A stretch of 64,000 nucleotides of DNA, taken from contig CBDETY010000003.1 of the NCBI GenBank assembly GCA_965243025.1, positions 3,872,001 through 3,936,000 of the forward strand, given 5' to 3'. The notes below the pieces were generated by a model, which ran no database searches, had not been told where the DNA came from, and saw only the letters and a list, made by a program, of their open reading frames with translations. Below, in pieces: positions 8,120-17,832 of this stretch (position 1 is the stretch's first letter; each line of letters begins with the position of its first letter). The position numbers and the translations under genes are program-made. Source of the DNA: Candidatus Latescibacterota bacterium (GTDB lineage Bacteria > Latescibacterota > UBA2968 > UBA8231).

Positions 8120-10234
8120 TCAGTCCGCCAGCCGCAGGGCGCGGACGCGGTTGTTGCCGAAATCGCTGATCAGCAGGATGCGGGAGTCGAAGAAGCAGAG
8201 GGCGCCCGGTTCGTTGAGGCGCGCCTCCGTCCCCTGCTCGCCGTCGGCGGACTCCCCCGGCTCGCCGCAGCCGGCCACGGTCTGCAGGCGTCCGTCGGCG
8301 CCGACGCGGCGCACGCAGTGGTTGTTGGTGTCGGAGAAGTAGAGGCTCCCGTCGATGCCGGCGGCGACGCCCGTCGGCCCGTCGATGCGGGCTTCGGCCG
8401 CCCTCGTGCCGTCCGGCGAGAACCCCGGCTCGCCGCAGCCGGCCACCGTGTCGATGACGCCGTCTGCGTCGACCTTGCGGATCGCGTGCCGCCTGCTGTC
8501 GGCGAAGAAGAGGGCGCCGTCCGGGCCGAAGCAGAGCGCCACCGGCTGGTCAATGCGGGCTGCGGCCGCGGGACCGCCGTCTCCGGAGTACCCGGGAAGT
8601 CCGGTCCCCGCCACGGTGGTGATGATGCCGCTGTCGGCGTCGACCCTGCGGATGCGGCCGACCGCGTCGCCGATGAACAGGTCGCCGTTGGGCCCGTGGG
8701 CGACCGAGTCGATCTGCACGAAGCAGGCGCTGACCGCCAGGGCGCCGTCCCCCTTGTCCCACTCCTGGCCGGTGCCGGCGACGACGCGGATGACGCCGTC
8801 GGCGTCGACCCGGCGGACGTGGGAGTGGCGGGTGTCGGCGATGACGACGCCGCCCTCCGGGTCGACGGAGACGTCGTGCGGGTTGCCGAGGTAGGCCTCG
8901 GTGGCAGGGCCGTTGTCGCCGCCGTAGGCGCGGGCGCCGTTCCCCGCCACGGTGCGGATGATGCCGGTCGCCGGCTCGATGACGCGGATGCGCTGGTTCC
9001 AGGCGTCGGCGAGGTAGATGCGCCCGTCCGCGGCGACGTCGATACCGGCTATGCCGTTGATGTACCCCTCGGTGGCCTCCTCGCCGTCGTGCACGTGGGT
9101 GCCGCCGACCACGGTGGTGACGATGCCGGTGGCCCCGTCGCAGCGGCGCGTGCGTCCCGAGCAGTCCCCCCAGAAGACGGTGCCGTCCGGATCCGCCCAG
9201 ATCCCCGCCTCGACCGAGTTGCAGTGGGTCTCGGGGCCGGGCAGCCCCTCCTCGCCGAAGCCGGGGCAGCCGTTGCCGACCAGGGTGGTGACGATGCCGG
9301 TTGCCGCCTCCACCTTGCGGATGCGGAATCCGTACTTCTCGCCGACGTAGAGGTTGTCGGAGGCGTCGAAGCAGATGGCGTCCGGCATCAGGGTGCTCGC
9401 CTCGACCGCGGGACCGCCGTCGCCGTTGGAGGCGCGCTGCCCGTTGCCGAGGACGGTGGTGACGATGCCGGTCTCCATGTCGATGCGGCGGATGCGGTCG
9501 TTGGAGTTGTCGCAGACGTAGAGGTTCCCCTTCGAGTCGAAGGCGAGGTGCTCCGGGTGGTGGAAGCCGGCCTCGGCCGCGGGGCCGCCGTCGCCGTGGT
9601 AGCCGCCGAGGCTTATTCCCGGGCCGCCGCCCGGCCGGCTGTCGCCCCGCTCGGAAGGGTAGTGGCGTCCGTCGAGGCCGGCGAAGCGCTCGATGATGCC
9701 CGTTCCCGCGTCGACGCGGCGGATGTTGTTGGCCCACTCGCTCGACAGGTAGAGATCGCCGTTGGCGGCGACGGCGATGCCGCAGGTGGTGTCCATCTCG
9801 GCGTCCACCGCCGGACCGCCGTCCCCGCCGCGGCCGATCTTGCCGCTGCCGGCGACCCGGGTGACGATGCCGGTTTCGGCGTCGATGCGGCGGTACACCT
9901 GGTTGCAGAGGTCCGACAGGTAGAGGTTCCCCTGCCTGTCGATGGCGAGGTCGTGGGGGTTGTTGAAGCGCGCCGCTGCCGCGGGGCCGCCGTCGCCGCT
10001 GAAGCCGCGGATGCCGTCGCCGGCGAAGTTGTGGAGGATGCCGTCTGCGTCTATGCGGTAGAGGCGGTGCCACTGGTAGTCGACGACGATGAGGTCGCCG
10101 TCAGGGCGGCGGACGACGCCGAGGGTCCAGCCGGCGTCGGCGTCGCGCGCCGGGATGCCTTCGCGGAAGCCCGCCCCGGCGATGCGGACGAGGGCGCCTG
10201 GGGCCATGCGGCCGAACAGTTCGGGAAGGTTCAT
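8120..10234 (-). CDS. Teneurin-like NHL-repeat beta-propeller protein (~704 aa, no signal peptide)
   Basis: About a dozen repeats of D..G.LY..D..N..IRR.D..TGII.TVAG.G..G..GDGGPA; start set at the ATG overlapping the upstream stop (ATGA). Confidence 0.88.
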   Translation of the reverse strand: MNLPELFGRMAPGALVRIAGAGFREGIPARDADAGWTLGVVRRPDGDLIVVDYQWHRLYRIDADGILHNFAGDGIRGFSGDGGPAAAARFNNPHDLAIDRQGNLYLSDLCNQVYRRIDAETGIVTRVAGSGKIGRGGDGGPAVDAEMDTTCGIAVAANGDLYLSSEWANNIRRVDAGTGIIERFAGLDGRHYPSERGDSRPGGGPGISLGGYHGDGGPAAEAGFHHPEHLAFDSKGNLYVCDNSNDRIRRIDMETGIVTTVLGNGQRASNGDGGPAVEASTLMPDAICFDASDNLYVGEKYGFRIRKVEAATGIVTTLVGNGCPGFGEEGLPGPETHCNSVEAGIWADPDGTVFWGDCSGRTRRCDGATGIVTTVVGGTHVHDGEEATEGYINGIAGIDVAADGRIYLADAWNQRIRVIEPATGIIRTVAGNGARAYGGDNGPATEAYLGNPHDVSVDPEGGVVIADTRHSHVRRVDADGVIRVVAGTGQEWDKGDGALAVSACFVQIDSVAHGPNGDLFIGDAVGRIRRVDADSGIITTVAGTGLPGYSGDGGPAAAARIDQPVALCFGPDGALFFADSRRHAIRKVDADGVIDTVAGCGEPGFSPDGTRAAEARIDGPTGVAAGIDGSLYFSDTNNHCVRRVGADGRLQTVAGCGEPGESADGEQGTEARLNEPGALCFFDSRILLISDFGNNRVRALRLAD

Positions 10235-11484
10235 GGCCGCCCCGCCACGACCGGGTCGGTCCGGTCCTGGGGTGACAGGGGCTCGCCGCCCCCCGCGGTG
10301 ACCACGAAGGAGCACTCGACCTGGAAGGAGAAGGCCCCCGGGTTGAACAGGCCGGCCTCCAGCGACAGCACCATCCCGGTCTCCAGCGGCAGGTCGGAGG
10401 GCTCGTCGACGCAGTCGTCGCGGATGCGCAGGCCGTTGTCGGGGACCAGGACCGGGTAGTCGCGGACCTCGAGGCCGATGCCGTGGCCGTGGGGAAAGGA
10501 CCCGGTGATTCCGCGCCCCTCCAGCAGGCCGCTCATGGCCGCGGCGACGCTCGAAGCCTTCACCCCGGCGCGGGCGGCCTCGGCGCCGGCGGCGACCGCG
10601 TCGCGGAGCCCCTCGTAGCGGGCGCGGTCCTCCGCGCCAGGCTCGCGCAGCGCCAGGGTCTGGCCGCTGTCGGAGAAGTAACAGTCGAAGACGCAGCCGT
10701 AGTCGGTGTAGAGGAGGTCGTCCTCGAGGAGGGTCACGTCCGGTTCCGTCGAGAGCCCGAGGCCGCGGACGCAGACCGCGAAGTGGTCGAGGTCCGCCCC
10801 CTCGCGCGCCACCAGGGTGCGGTACTCGGCCACCATATCCCGGGTCGAGGTGCCGGGGCGGGCGCCGGACAGCACCCGGGCGGCCGACTCCTCGCCGATG
10901 CGGCAGGCGGTGCGCAGGCGCTCGAGCTCTTCCGGCCCCTTCACCATGCGGATGAGGAGGATGAGGTTGGAGCAGTCCCTGATCGCGGCTTCCGGCAGGC
11001 TCTCGCGGATCCCGGCGAGGGTTGCGGCCGGCAGGTTGTCGCACTCGATACCGATGCGGCCGTCGGCGAGGCCGCGGTCGGCCAGCGCCTCCGCCAAGGA
11101 GCCGACCGCGGTGGCGTCCGGGTCGAGACGGCGGGCGAACTCGAGGAAGTACTGCTGCCGCTCGCTGAGCGGGAGAGCGGCCGGTGCCGAGTCGTCGAAG
11201 CCCCCTCCTCCCGCGGAACGCACGTCGAGCACCCAGGAATCGAGGGAGTTGGCGGCCAGCAGCGGCACCAGGACGAGGGCGGGCTCGCCGTGCCGCGGGA
11301 ACAGGGCGAACTGCTGCGTCAGCCCGGTGCCGGCGCCAGGCCGGGTCATGTACTCCTTGAACAGCTTGTCGAGCCAGCAGTAGTAGTCGCTGAAGTAGGT
11401 GATGTTGGTCGGGCTCGTCGCCACCAGGGCGTCGAGGCCGCAGCGGTCCATGTACTCGACGGCGCGCCCGCGGTTGAAAAGCAT
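10231..11484 (-). CDS. M24 family Xaa-Pro peptidase-like hydrolase
   Basis: N-terminal GLDALVATSPTNITYFS; pita-bread metal ligands D..D, HGHGIG, LEAG, VECS. Confidence 0.88.
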   Translation of the reverse strand: MLFNRGRAVEYMDRCGLDALVATSPTNITYFSDYYCWLDKLFKEYMTRPGAGTGLTQQFALFPRHGEPALVLVPLLAANSLDSWVLDVRSAGGGGFDDSAPAALPLSERQQYFLEFARRLDPDATAVGSLAEALADRGLADGRIGIECDNLPAATLAGIRESLPEAAIRDCSNLILLIRMVKGPEELERLRTACRIGEESAARVLSGARPGTSTRDMVAEYRTLVAREGADLDHFAVCVRGLGLSTEPDVTLLEDDLLYTDYGCVFDCYFSDSGQTLALREPGAEDRARYEGLRDAVAAGAEAARAGVKASSVAAAMSGLLEGRGITGSFPHGHGIGLEVRDYPVLVPDNGLRIRDDCVDEPSDLPLETGMVLSLEAGLFNPGAFSFQVECSFVVTAGGGEPLSPQDRTDPVVAGRP

Positions 11485-11501
11485 GATGTATGTACGTGCT
11501 C

Positions 11502-12275
11502 CTACCTGTAAGGTTCCATCGCTGCATCCGCCGCCGCCTGCAGCAGGCTGTACTCGGTCTGCCGCGTGCTGCCGAAGATCAGGCAGCCCCGCTCGCGCTC
11601 GCGCTCGTACGCGGCCCGGTCCTTCGGCATGACCGCCGGCTCGACGGCCAGGCCCCTGGCGAGGGCCGCGGCGATCACTTTCTCCATGGCGGCGAGCACC
11701 TCGGGGTGCTCCCACTGCCCGTGAAAGCCCATGGTGGCCGCCAGGTCCCCGGGTCCGAAGACAATGCCGTCCACCTGCTCGACCGCGAGTATGGCGTCGA
11801 TGTTCTCGACCGCCAGGGCCGACTCGATCTTGGGGATCACCAGCACCGCCTCGTTGGCCGCCTCGCAGTAGGCGGCGACGTCGCTGCTGTCGTAGCCGGC
11901 GTTGGCCCCCAGGGCGAGGCCGCGTTCCCCCGCCGGGGCGTACCTGCACCAGCGCACCAGCTCTTCCACCTGCCCGGCGGTATCGGCGTGCGACAGCACG
12001 ATGCCGAGGGCGCCGGCGTCGAGCATGCGCGACACCAGGGCGCGCTCCGGGGCCACCACCGTCACCCATGGGGCGAGCCCGTTGTCGCGGGCGAGGACGA
12101 GGAAGTTGGTCAGGGTCTCCTCGTTGTGGACCACGTGCTCGGTGTCGACCATGAGAAAGTCGAAACCGGCGCGGGCGGCGACCTTGGCCACCGACGGGCG
12201 CAGCGACTCGAAGACGTTGAACCCGGCCGCCGGATCCCCCCGCTTCCAGGCCTCTTTTACTGGATTGCTGATCAT
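11502..12275 (-). CDS. HpcH/HpaI family class II aldolase
   Basis: GFDFLMVDTEH, LDAGALGI, YAPAGERG, KIES, VDGIVFGPGDL. Confidence 0.9.
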   Translation of the reverse strand: MISNPVKEAWKRGDPAAGFNVFESLRPSVAKVAARAGFDFLMVDTEHVVHNEETLTNFLVLARDNGLAPWVTVVAPERALVSRMLDAGALGIVLSHADTAGQVEELVRWCRYAPAGERGLALGANAGYDSSDVAAYCEAANEAVLVIPKIESALAVENIDAILAVEQVDGIVFGPGDLAATMGFHGQWEHPEVLAAMEKVIAAALARGLAVEPAVMPKDRAAYERERERGCLIFGSTRQTEYSLLQAAADAAMEPYR

Positions 12276-12277
12276 GG

Positions 12278-14170
12278 TCAGTAGTGGAACCTCTGCTTGC
12301 GGCGGTCGCGCTCGTACGCGGCGCGGAGCTCGCGAGCCTCGGGGTTTGAGCTCACCTCGGCGACCTCGACGTCCCACCACATGCCGGAAGGGGGCGGGAA
12401 CCGGTGCTTCTCGATCTCGGCGGCGATGACGCAGGGGCGGGTTTCGGCCCGCGCCTCCCTGAGAGCGGCGCGCAGCTCCTCCTCCGTCTCGACGCGCCAG
12501 GTGGCCGCCCCCATGCTGGCGCCGTTGCCGGCGAAGTCGATGTCGAGGTAGTCGCCGGACAGGCGCCTCGTCTGCGGGTCGCGGGCGCGGAACTCGTTGC
12601 CGAAATCCCTCCCCGTCGTCGCCAGCTGCAGGCCCCTGATGCACTGGTACCCGTGGTTGTTGGAGACGATCACGGTGATCTTCAACCCCTCCTGCACCGC
12701 GGTGACGATCTCGGTCGGGGACATCAGGTAGGTGCCGTCGCCGACGAAGACGTACACCTCTCCCCGCGGCTGCGCCATGCGCACGCCGATGCCGGCGGGG
12801 ATCTCGTACCCCATGCAGGAGTAGCCGAACTCGAGGTGGCAGTGCCGGCCGCCTGCGGTGTCCCAGAGCTTGTGCAGGTCGCCGGGCTGGTTTCCCGCCG
12901 CCGAGATCACCGTGTCCCCCGGCTCCGCCTCTTCGTTGAGGATGCCGATCAGGTGCCCCTGGCTCATCGCCTCGCCCGGGGCCTGGGTGTAGATCTCCTT
13001 CTCCTTCTGCCGGCGCCAGGTCTCCCTCGCCGCGGCGATCTCCTCGACGTACGCGGCGTCCGGCTCGATGCCGGCCTCGGCGCAGGCCTTCGCAAGGGCG
13101 CTCAGGGCCTCGCGGGCGTCGGCGACGATCGGCAGAGCCCCCTGCTTGTACGCGTCGCGCCCGGCGACGTTGATGCCGATGAACTTCACCTCCGGATGGT
13201 GGAAGGCGGCCTGCGACGCGGTGGCGAAGTCGCTCAGGCGGGTGCCGGCGCAGATGACGAGGTCGGACTGGCCGATGATGCGGTACGCCGCGGGGTTGCC
13301 GCTGATGCCGAACGAGTGCAGGCAGAGCTCCGATTCGGCGGCCATGGCGCCGCGGCCTGCCAGGGTCTCCCCGACCGCCATGCCGGTCTGCTCGGCGAAC
13401 TCCCGCAGCTGGCGGGAAGCGTCGGAGTAGTGGACCCCGCCGCCGGCGATGACCGCCGGTCTCCGGGCGGCCCTGATCATCTCCACCGCCTCGGCGATCC
13501 GCCGCGGCTCCGGGGGCCGGCGGTCGACGCCCCAGGTGCGCTCCTCGAAGAAGCGGACCGGGAAATCCCAGGCGTGCGCCTGGACGTCCTGGGGCAGCGA
13601 CAGGGTTACGGCGCCGGTCTCGGCCGGGTCGAGGAGGACGCGCATCGCCTCGGGGAGCGCGGTCAGCAGCTGCTCGGGCCGCCCGATGCGGTCGAAGAAG
13701 CGGCTCACCGGCCGGAAGCAGTCGTTGACGCTGACGTCGGCCGCGGACGGGTTCTCGAGCTCCTGCAGCACCGTCCCCTGGTGGCGGGTGGCGTAGTAGT
13801 CGGAGGGCAGCAGCAGCACCGGCAGCCTGTTGATGGTCGCCGTCGCCGCCCCGGAGACCATGTTGGTCGCCCCCGGACCGATGGAGGAGGTGCAGGCGAG
13901 GGTCGCCAGGCGCCGGTTGGCCTTGGCGTACCCCGACGCCGTGTGCACCATCGACTGCTCGTTGCAGGGCTGGTAGTAGGGAAGCCCGGCGCCGCCGCAT
14001 TCCTCCAGGGCCTGGCCGAGGCCGGCGACGTTGCCGTGCCCGAAGATCCCGAACAGGGCCGGGACGAGGCGGCGGCGCTCCCCGTCCCGCTCGCTGTACT
14101 GGACCTTCAGGTATTCTACGAGGGCCTGCGCCATGGTCAGGCGCCGGGTCTCGTGATCGTGGATGCTCAT
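12278..14170 (-). CDS. iolD: 3D-(3,5/4)-trihydroxycyclohexane-1,2-dione acylhydrolase (decyclizing)
   Basis: RLTMAQAL, GIFGHGNVAGLGQAL, NEQSMVH, LEFGYSCMGYEI, GDGTYLM ThDP motif, WWDV. Confidence 0.95.
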   Translation of the reverse strand: MSIHDHETRRLTMAQALVEYLKVQYSERDGERRRLVPALFGIFGHGNVAGLGQALEECGGAGLPYYQPCNEQSMVHTASGYAKANRRLATLACTSSIGPGATNMVSGAATATINRLPVLLLPSDYYATRHQGTVLQELENPSAADVSVNDCFRPVSRFFDRIGRPEQLLTALPEAMRVLLDPAETGAVTLSLPQDVQAHAWDFPVRFFEERTWGVDRRPPEPRRIAEAVEMIRAARRPAVIAGGGVHYSDASRQLREFAEQTGMAVGETLAGRGAMAAESELCLHSFGISGNPAAYRIIGQSDLVICAGTRLSDFATASQAAFHHPEVKFIGINVAGRDAYKQGALPIVADAREALSALAKACAEAGIEPDAAYVEEIAAARETWRRQKEKEIYTQAPGEAMSQGHLIGILNEEAEPGDTVISAAGNQPGDLHKLWDTAGGRHCHLEFGYSCMGYEIPAGIGVRMAQPRGEVYVFVGDGTYLMSPTEIVTAVQEGLKITVIVSNNHGYQCIRGLQLATTGRDFGNEFRARDPQTRRLSGDYLDIDFAGNGASMGAATWRVETEEELRAALREARAETRPCVIAAEIEKHRFPPPSGMWWDVEVAEVSSNPEARELRAAYERDRRKQRFHY

Positions 14171-14307
14171 GGCATGTCTCCGTGTGCGCCGATTACTCGA
14201 TGGCCTCGCGTCACCTCAATTGACAGCTCGCCGTACCCTGGCTCGCGCGCCTGCCGGGTCCATGCAGCACCCGGGACAAAGCGCCCCGGCGGCGGCCTTC
14301 CTGCCCC

Positions 14308-15480
14308 TCATCCGCCGATCCTCCGCACCTGTTCCCAGCTCTCGCTCTCCCAGGACCTGGCGACGGCGTCCTGAACCTCGGCAACGGCCAGGGCCTCGGC
14401 AAAACCGGGTTCCCCCTGCCTGCCGGCGGCGATGCTGTCGAGGAATTTGCCGGCCTCGATCGCCTTGAGGTCGTCGTATCCCAGGCCGAGGGCGGGCCCC
14501 GGCGTGAAGCGCAGGTGGGACGGGTGCTCCGGGCCGCTGACGATGGTGGCGAAGCCGTCCTGTCCGCCGTCCTCTTCCGGAAGGTAGACCTGCAGCTCGT
14601 TCATGCGCTCGAAGTCCCAGCGGACCGCCCCCCTGGTCCCGTGCACCTCGAAGGCCATCTGGCACTTGAGGCCGCTGATTATGCGGTCGACCTCGAAGCT
14701 TCCCCGGGCGCCGTTGGCGAAGCGGACCAGGGCGCCGGCATAGTCCTCGTTGGTCACCTTTCCCCTGGGGCCGCCGCTGCTCACCGAGAAGTGGGTGCCT
14801 TCCCCGGCCGCGGCCAGGGGGCGCTCGCCGATGAAGGTGGCGCGGCTGCCGGCGACGCTCTCGATCGGACCGGCCAGCGAGTGCGCCATGTCGATTACGT
14901 GCGACATCAGGTCCCCGAGGGCCCCGAGGCCGGCGCGCTCCCGCTGGAACCGCCAGGAGAGGACGCCGTCGGGGTTGCTGGCGTAGCCCACGAGGAAACG
15001 GCCGCGGTAGTGGGTGAGGTCGCCGAGCCGGCCGTCGCGGATGAGCCGGCGGGAGTGCTGCACGAGCGGCGCCCAGCGGTAGTTGTAGCCGACGAAGCTC
15101 AGCACCCCTGCTTCCCTGGCGGCCGCCTCGATGCCGGCGGTCTCCCGCGGCCCGCGCCCCACCGGTTTCTCGCAGAAGACGTGCTTTCCGGCCGCCGCGG
15201 CGGCCTCGACGATCTCGAGGTGGCCGTCGTTCGGAGTGGCGATGCTGACGACGGCGACCTCGGGATTGTCGACGACCTCCCGCCAGTCCGTGGTGCTGCC
15301 GGCAAACCCGAAGCGCTGCCGGGCTTCGCGGGCGCGGCTCTCGACGTCGTCGGCGCAGACCACCAGCCGGGGCTGGAGGCCGCTGTCCCAGAAGCGGTCG
15401 GCGACAGTGCGGTAGGAGCGGCTGTGGACCTGCCCCATCCACCCCATTCCGATTACCCCGATGCCTGTGGTCCGAGCCAT
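14308..15480 (-). CDS. Gfo/Idh/MocA family oxidoreductase (inositol dehydrogenase-like)
   Basis: [23 protein letters not shown]; adjacent to iolD. Confidence 0.9.
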   Translation of the reverse strand: MARTTGIGVIGMGWMGQVHSRSYRTVADRFWDSGLQPRLVVCADDVESRAREARQRFGFAGSTTDWREVVDNPEVAVVSIATPNDGHLEIVEAAAAAGKHVFCEKPVGRGPRETAGIEAAAREAGVLSFVGYNYRWAPLVQHSRRLIRDGRLGDLTHYRGRFLVGYASNPDGVLSWRFQRERAGLGALGDLMSHVIDMAHSLAGPIESVAGSRATFIGERPLAAAGEGTHFSVSSGGPRGKVTNEDYAGALVRFANGARGSFEVDRIISGLKCQMAFEVHGTRGAVRWDFERMNELQVYLPEEDGGQDGFATIVSGPEHPSHLRFTPGPALGLGYDDLKAIEAGKFLDSIAAGRQGEPGFAEALAVAEVQDAVARSWESESWEQVRRIGG

Positions 15481-15635
15481 TTTCAATCCCGTCCGCTGCG
15501 AGCGGCAGAAGGTATCCGGGCTGTCCGCGCCGGACAAGCGGGGACCCGGGCGCACGACCGTTCCGGTGGTGAGCCATGTCGAAAACCGGGACCCGCCCCG
15601 GCCGGCCTTCCGGCTCCGTCCCCTGCCCGGACAGC

Positions 15636-15664
15636 TTGACTTTTACCGGCGGGGAGGGTAGCGT
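15636..15664 (+). promoter_or_regulatory. Putative sigma70 promoter for the polysaccharide export genes
   Basis: TTGACT - 17 bp - TAGCGT in the divergent intergenic region. Confidence 0.5.
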
Positions 15665-16019
15665 TTACTATTCTTTCCGCAGGTCATCCCCCCACGTTCT
15701 TCACCGGTCAACTCCCTTTCCTCGTTTCGTCCATGCCGTACTCCGCAGTCCTGTACCTTCCCGCGCGGGCTCCGCTCGGCAAGGGTCCGGCCACCTGATC
15801 GCCGCCAGTCACCGGCTTCGCGGCGCGGCCCTCGCCGCGTCACCCTTCCAGCGGCGTTTCGACACGCGAACCTTGCCGGCATACGGCCATCGACCTCACC
15901 AGGACAGTCCTGAAGTCATGAACAGACCCGCGGCGCGACGCCGGGTTGCAGGCAGCCGCCGAGGCTGGACCCGGGCATTTCGACGAAACCACCATGCCGA
16001 ATCGGCAACAGGAGGAATC

Positions 16020-17792
16020 ATGCCAATACGGATTTTCGCACTTGCTTTCGCCCTGGTTCTCCCCATGTCCGCGGGGCCCGGCCTCGCCCAGGACGAAGAG
16101 GAACTGCAGAGACTGGTCGAGGAAAGGGAGCTGGAAGAAGCCGAGTTGCAGCAGGTCCCGGGAGCGGAAATGAAGTTGCTGAGACAGGATCTGGTTTCCG
16201 GAAAGATCCGCCTCCCCAGCGGCGAGGAGGTGGAGAAGCTGCGCATCAGCCAGGACCGGGAAGTCGACCCGGAGACCTATGTCGTCGGCCCCGGCGACGT
16301 CATGCAGCTGTACGTATGGGGGGAGTTCGACATCGCCTACATGCTGCAGGTCGACCCCCTCGGAAACGTCATCGTCCCCACCATCGGCGCTTTCGAGGTC
16401 TCGGGAATGTACCTGGCCGACGCCAAGGACCTGATCCTCACGGCCGCCCGGGGCAAGTACCCCGGCGTCGACATCACCCTGACCCTGGCGAGCATGCGCT
16501 TCTTCACCGCCTACGTTACCGGCGCGGTACTGCAGGAAGGCAGCTACACCGTCCACCCGACCACCCGGGTTTCCGACATGATCGAACGGGCCGGCGGTTT
16601 CACCGATGAGCTGCGGGGGACCACGTTCCAGGACGAAGTGGGCGGCAAGCAGGTGACCCGGGTTCGCCAGATCATCGAGCAGATCACCGGACGCCGCTCG
16701 ATCAAGCTTCTCCATCTCGACGGCACAGCAGACCTCGTCGATCTCGACATGTTCCTCTCCACCGGCGACCTCGCCCACAACCCCTACGTGCGCATGGGAG
16801 ACGTGGTTCACGTCGGATACCGCGACAAGGCGCTTTACATATTCGGCGCCGTCAACCAGGAGGGCGAACAGGAGTACCGGTCCGGCGACACCATCGATGA
16901 CCTGGTGAATCTCGCCAAGGGTCTGCGCCGCGACGCCCCCCTGATCCGGGCCGAGCTGTGGCGCTTCCGCGAGGGAACCGAGGAGGCCCAAATCATCGAA
17001 CTGGGCAGCAACGAGGCGGGGGAATCGGGGTTCGCGTACGAGGATATTCGCGACGTGCCCCTGCAACCCAACGACATGGTGTTCATCCGCGCGCGCGCGC
17101 AGTGGCAGCTCATGCCGACGGTGATGGTCGTCGGAGAGGTCAGGTACCGGGGCCGCTACCGCATCTACCCGGGGATTACCCGGATCAAGGACGTGGTGGC
17201 GATGTCCGGAGGGCTGACCGAGGAATCTTCCCTTATCGGGGCAAAGGTGATCCGCACCAAGATGCGGACCCAGATCGACCCGGAGCTGGAACGGTTGCGC
17301 ACCCTGAGGGCGGTGACAGGGCTGGCCGACATGAGCGACGAGGACCGCGCCTATCTCAGGACCAAGGGCCGCGAGGAGAAAGGCCGCGCCGCGGTCGATT
17401 TCGAACGCCTGTTCCTGGAGGACGACGAGGAACAGAACATCCCCCTGGAAAGCGGGGACGTGGTCTATATCCCGGCGCGCCGGCGAACCATCAGCATCAG
17501 CGGGCAGGTGAGGAAGCCCGGTCTGGTCGACTTCGAACCTGACCGCGACGTTCGCTACTACATGGAAAAGGCGGGTGGCTATACATACGACGCCGACAAG
17601 GGAGGGGCCCGGCTGATCCGTGCGCGTTCGAGTATCCGGGAAGAGCTGAATGATGACCTTCTTGTCGAAGCCGGCGACGAGATCTGGGTGCCGCAGAAGG
17701 AGCGAGTCAACTTCTGGGAAGTGACCCAGTCCACCATGCGCACCATCGCCGAGACCCTGACCCTCGTAGTCCTGGTGCGGTCGCTGCAGTAA
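16020..17792 (+). CDS. Polysaccharide export protein with multiple SLBB domains (Wza/KpsD-like)
   Basis: Signal peptide, YVVGPGDVMQLYVWG poly_export motif, repeated V.V.G.V..PG SLBB units; strong RBS ggagga. Confidence 0.88.
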   Translation: MPIRIFALAFALVLPMSAGPGLAQDEEELQRLVEERELEEAELQQVPGAEMKLLRQDLVSGKIRLPSGEEVEKLRISQDREVDPETYVVGPGDVMQLYVWGEFDIAYMLQVDPLGNVIVPTIGAFEVSGMYLADAKDLILTAARGKYPGVDITLTLASMRFFTAYVTGAVLQEGSYTVHPTTRVSDMIERAGGFTDELRGTTFQDEVGGKQVTRVRQIIEQITGRRSIKLLHLDGTADLVDLDMFLSTGDLAHNPYVRMGDVVHVGYRDKALYIFGAVNQEGEQEYRSGDTIDDLVNLAKGLRRDAPLIRAELWRFREGTEEAQIIELGSNEAGESGFAYEDIRDVPLQPNDMVFIRARAQWQLMPTVMVVGEVRYRGRYRIYPGITRIKDVVAMSGGLTEESSLIGAKVIRTKMRTQIDPELERLRTLRAVTGLADMSDEDRAYLRTKGREEKGRAAVDFERLFLEDDEEQNIPLESGDVVYIPARRRTISISGQVRKPGLVDFEPDRDVRYYMEKAGGYTYDADKGGARLIRARSSIREELNDDLLVEAGDEIWVPQKERVNFWEVTQSTMRTIAETLTLVVLVRSLQ

Positions 17793-17832
17793 CCGTTCCT
17801 CCCTCTCAGTGCAGAGACGAGAAAGCATTGAA

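Noticed and set aside
7571-10459. Long antisense/shadow ORFs (962 aa here; also 41052-43841, 26361-29897, 27671-29803 and others)
   Set aside because: They overlap well-supported genes in other frames or strands and have low-complexity Arg/Pro/Gly or Val/Asp/Ala composition typical of high-GC shadow frames
8120-14000. ORF-track extended versions of the NHL (to 11527), M24 (to 12069) and aldolase (to 14000) genes as fusions
   Set aside because: The extensions are off-frame reads of upstream genes; coupled starts exist at 10234, 11484 and 12275
15653-15666. ops/JUMPstart-like GAGGGTAGCGTT upstream of the EPS genes
   Set aside because: It mismatches GGCGGTAG and coincides with the predicted -10 box, so it would not be transcribed
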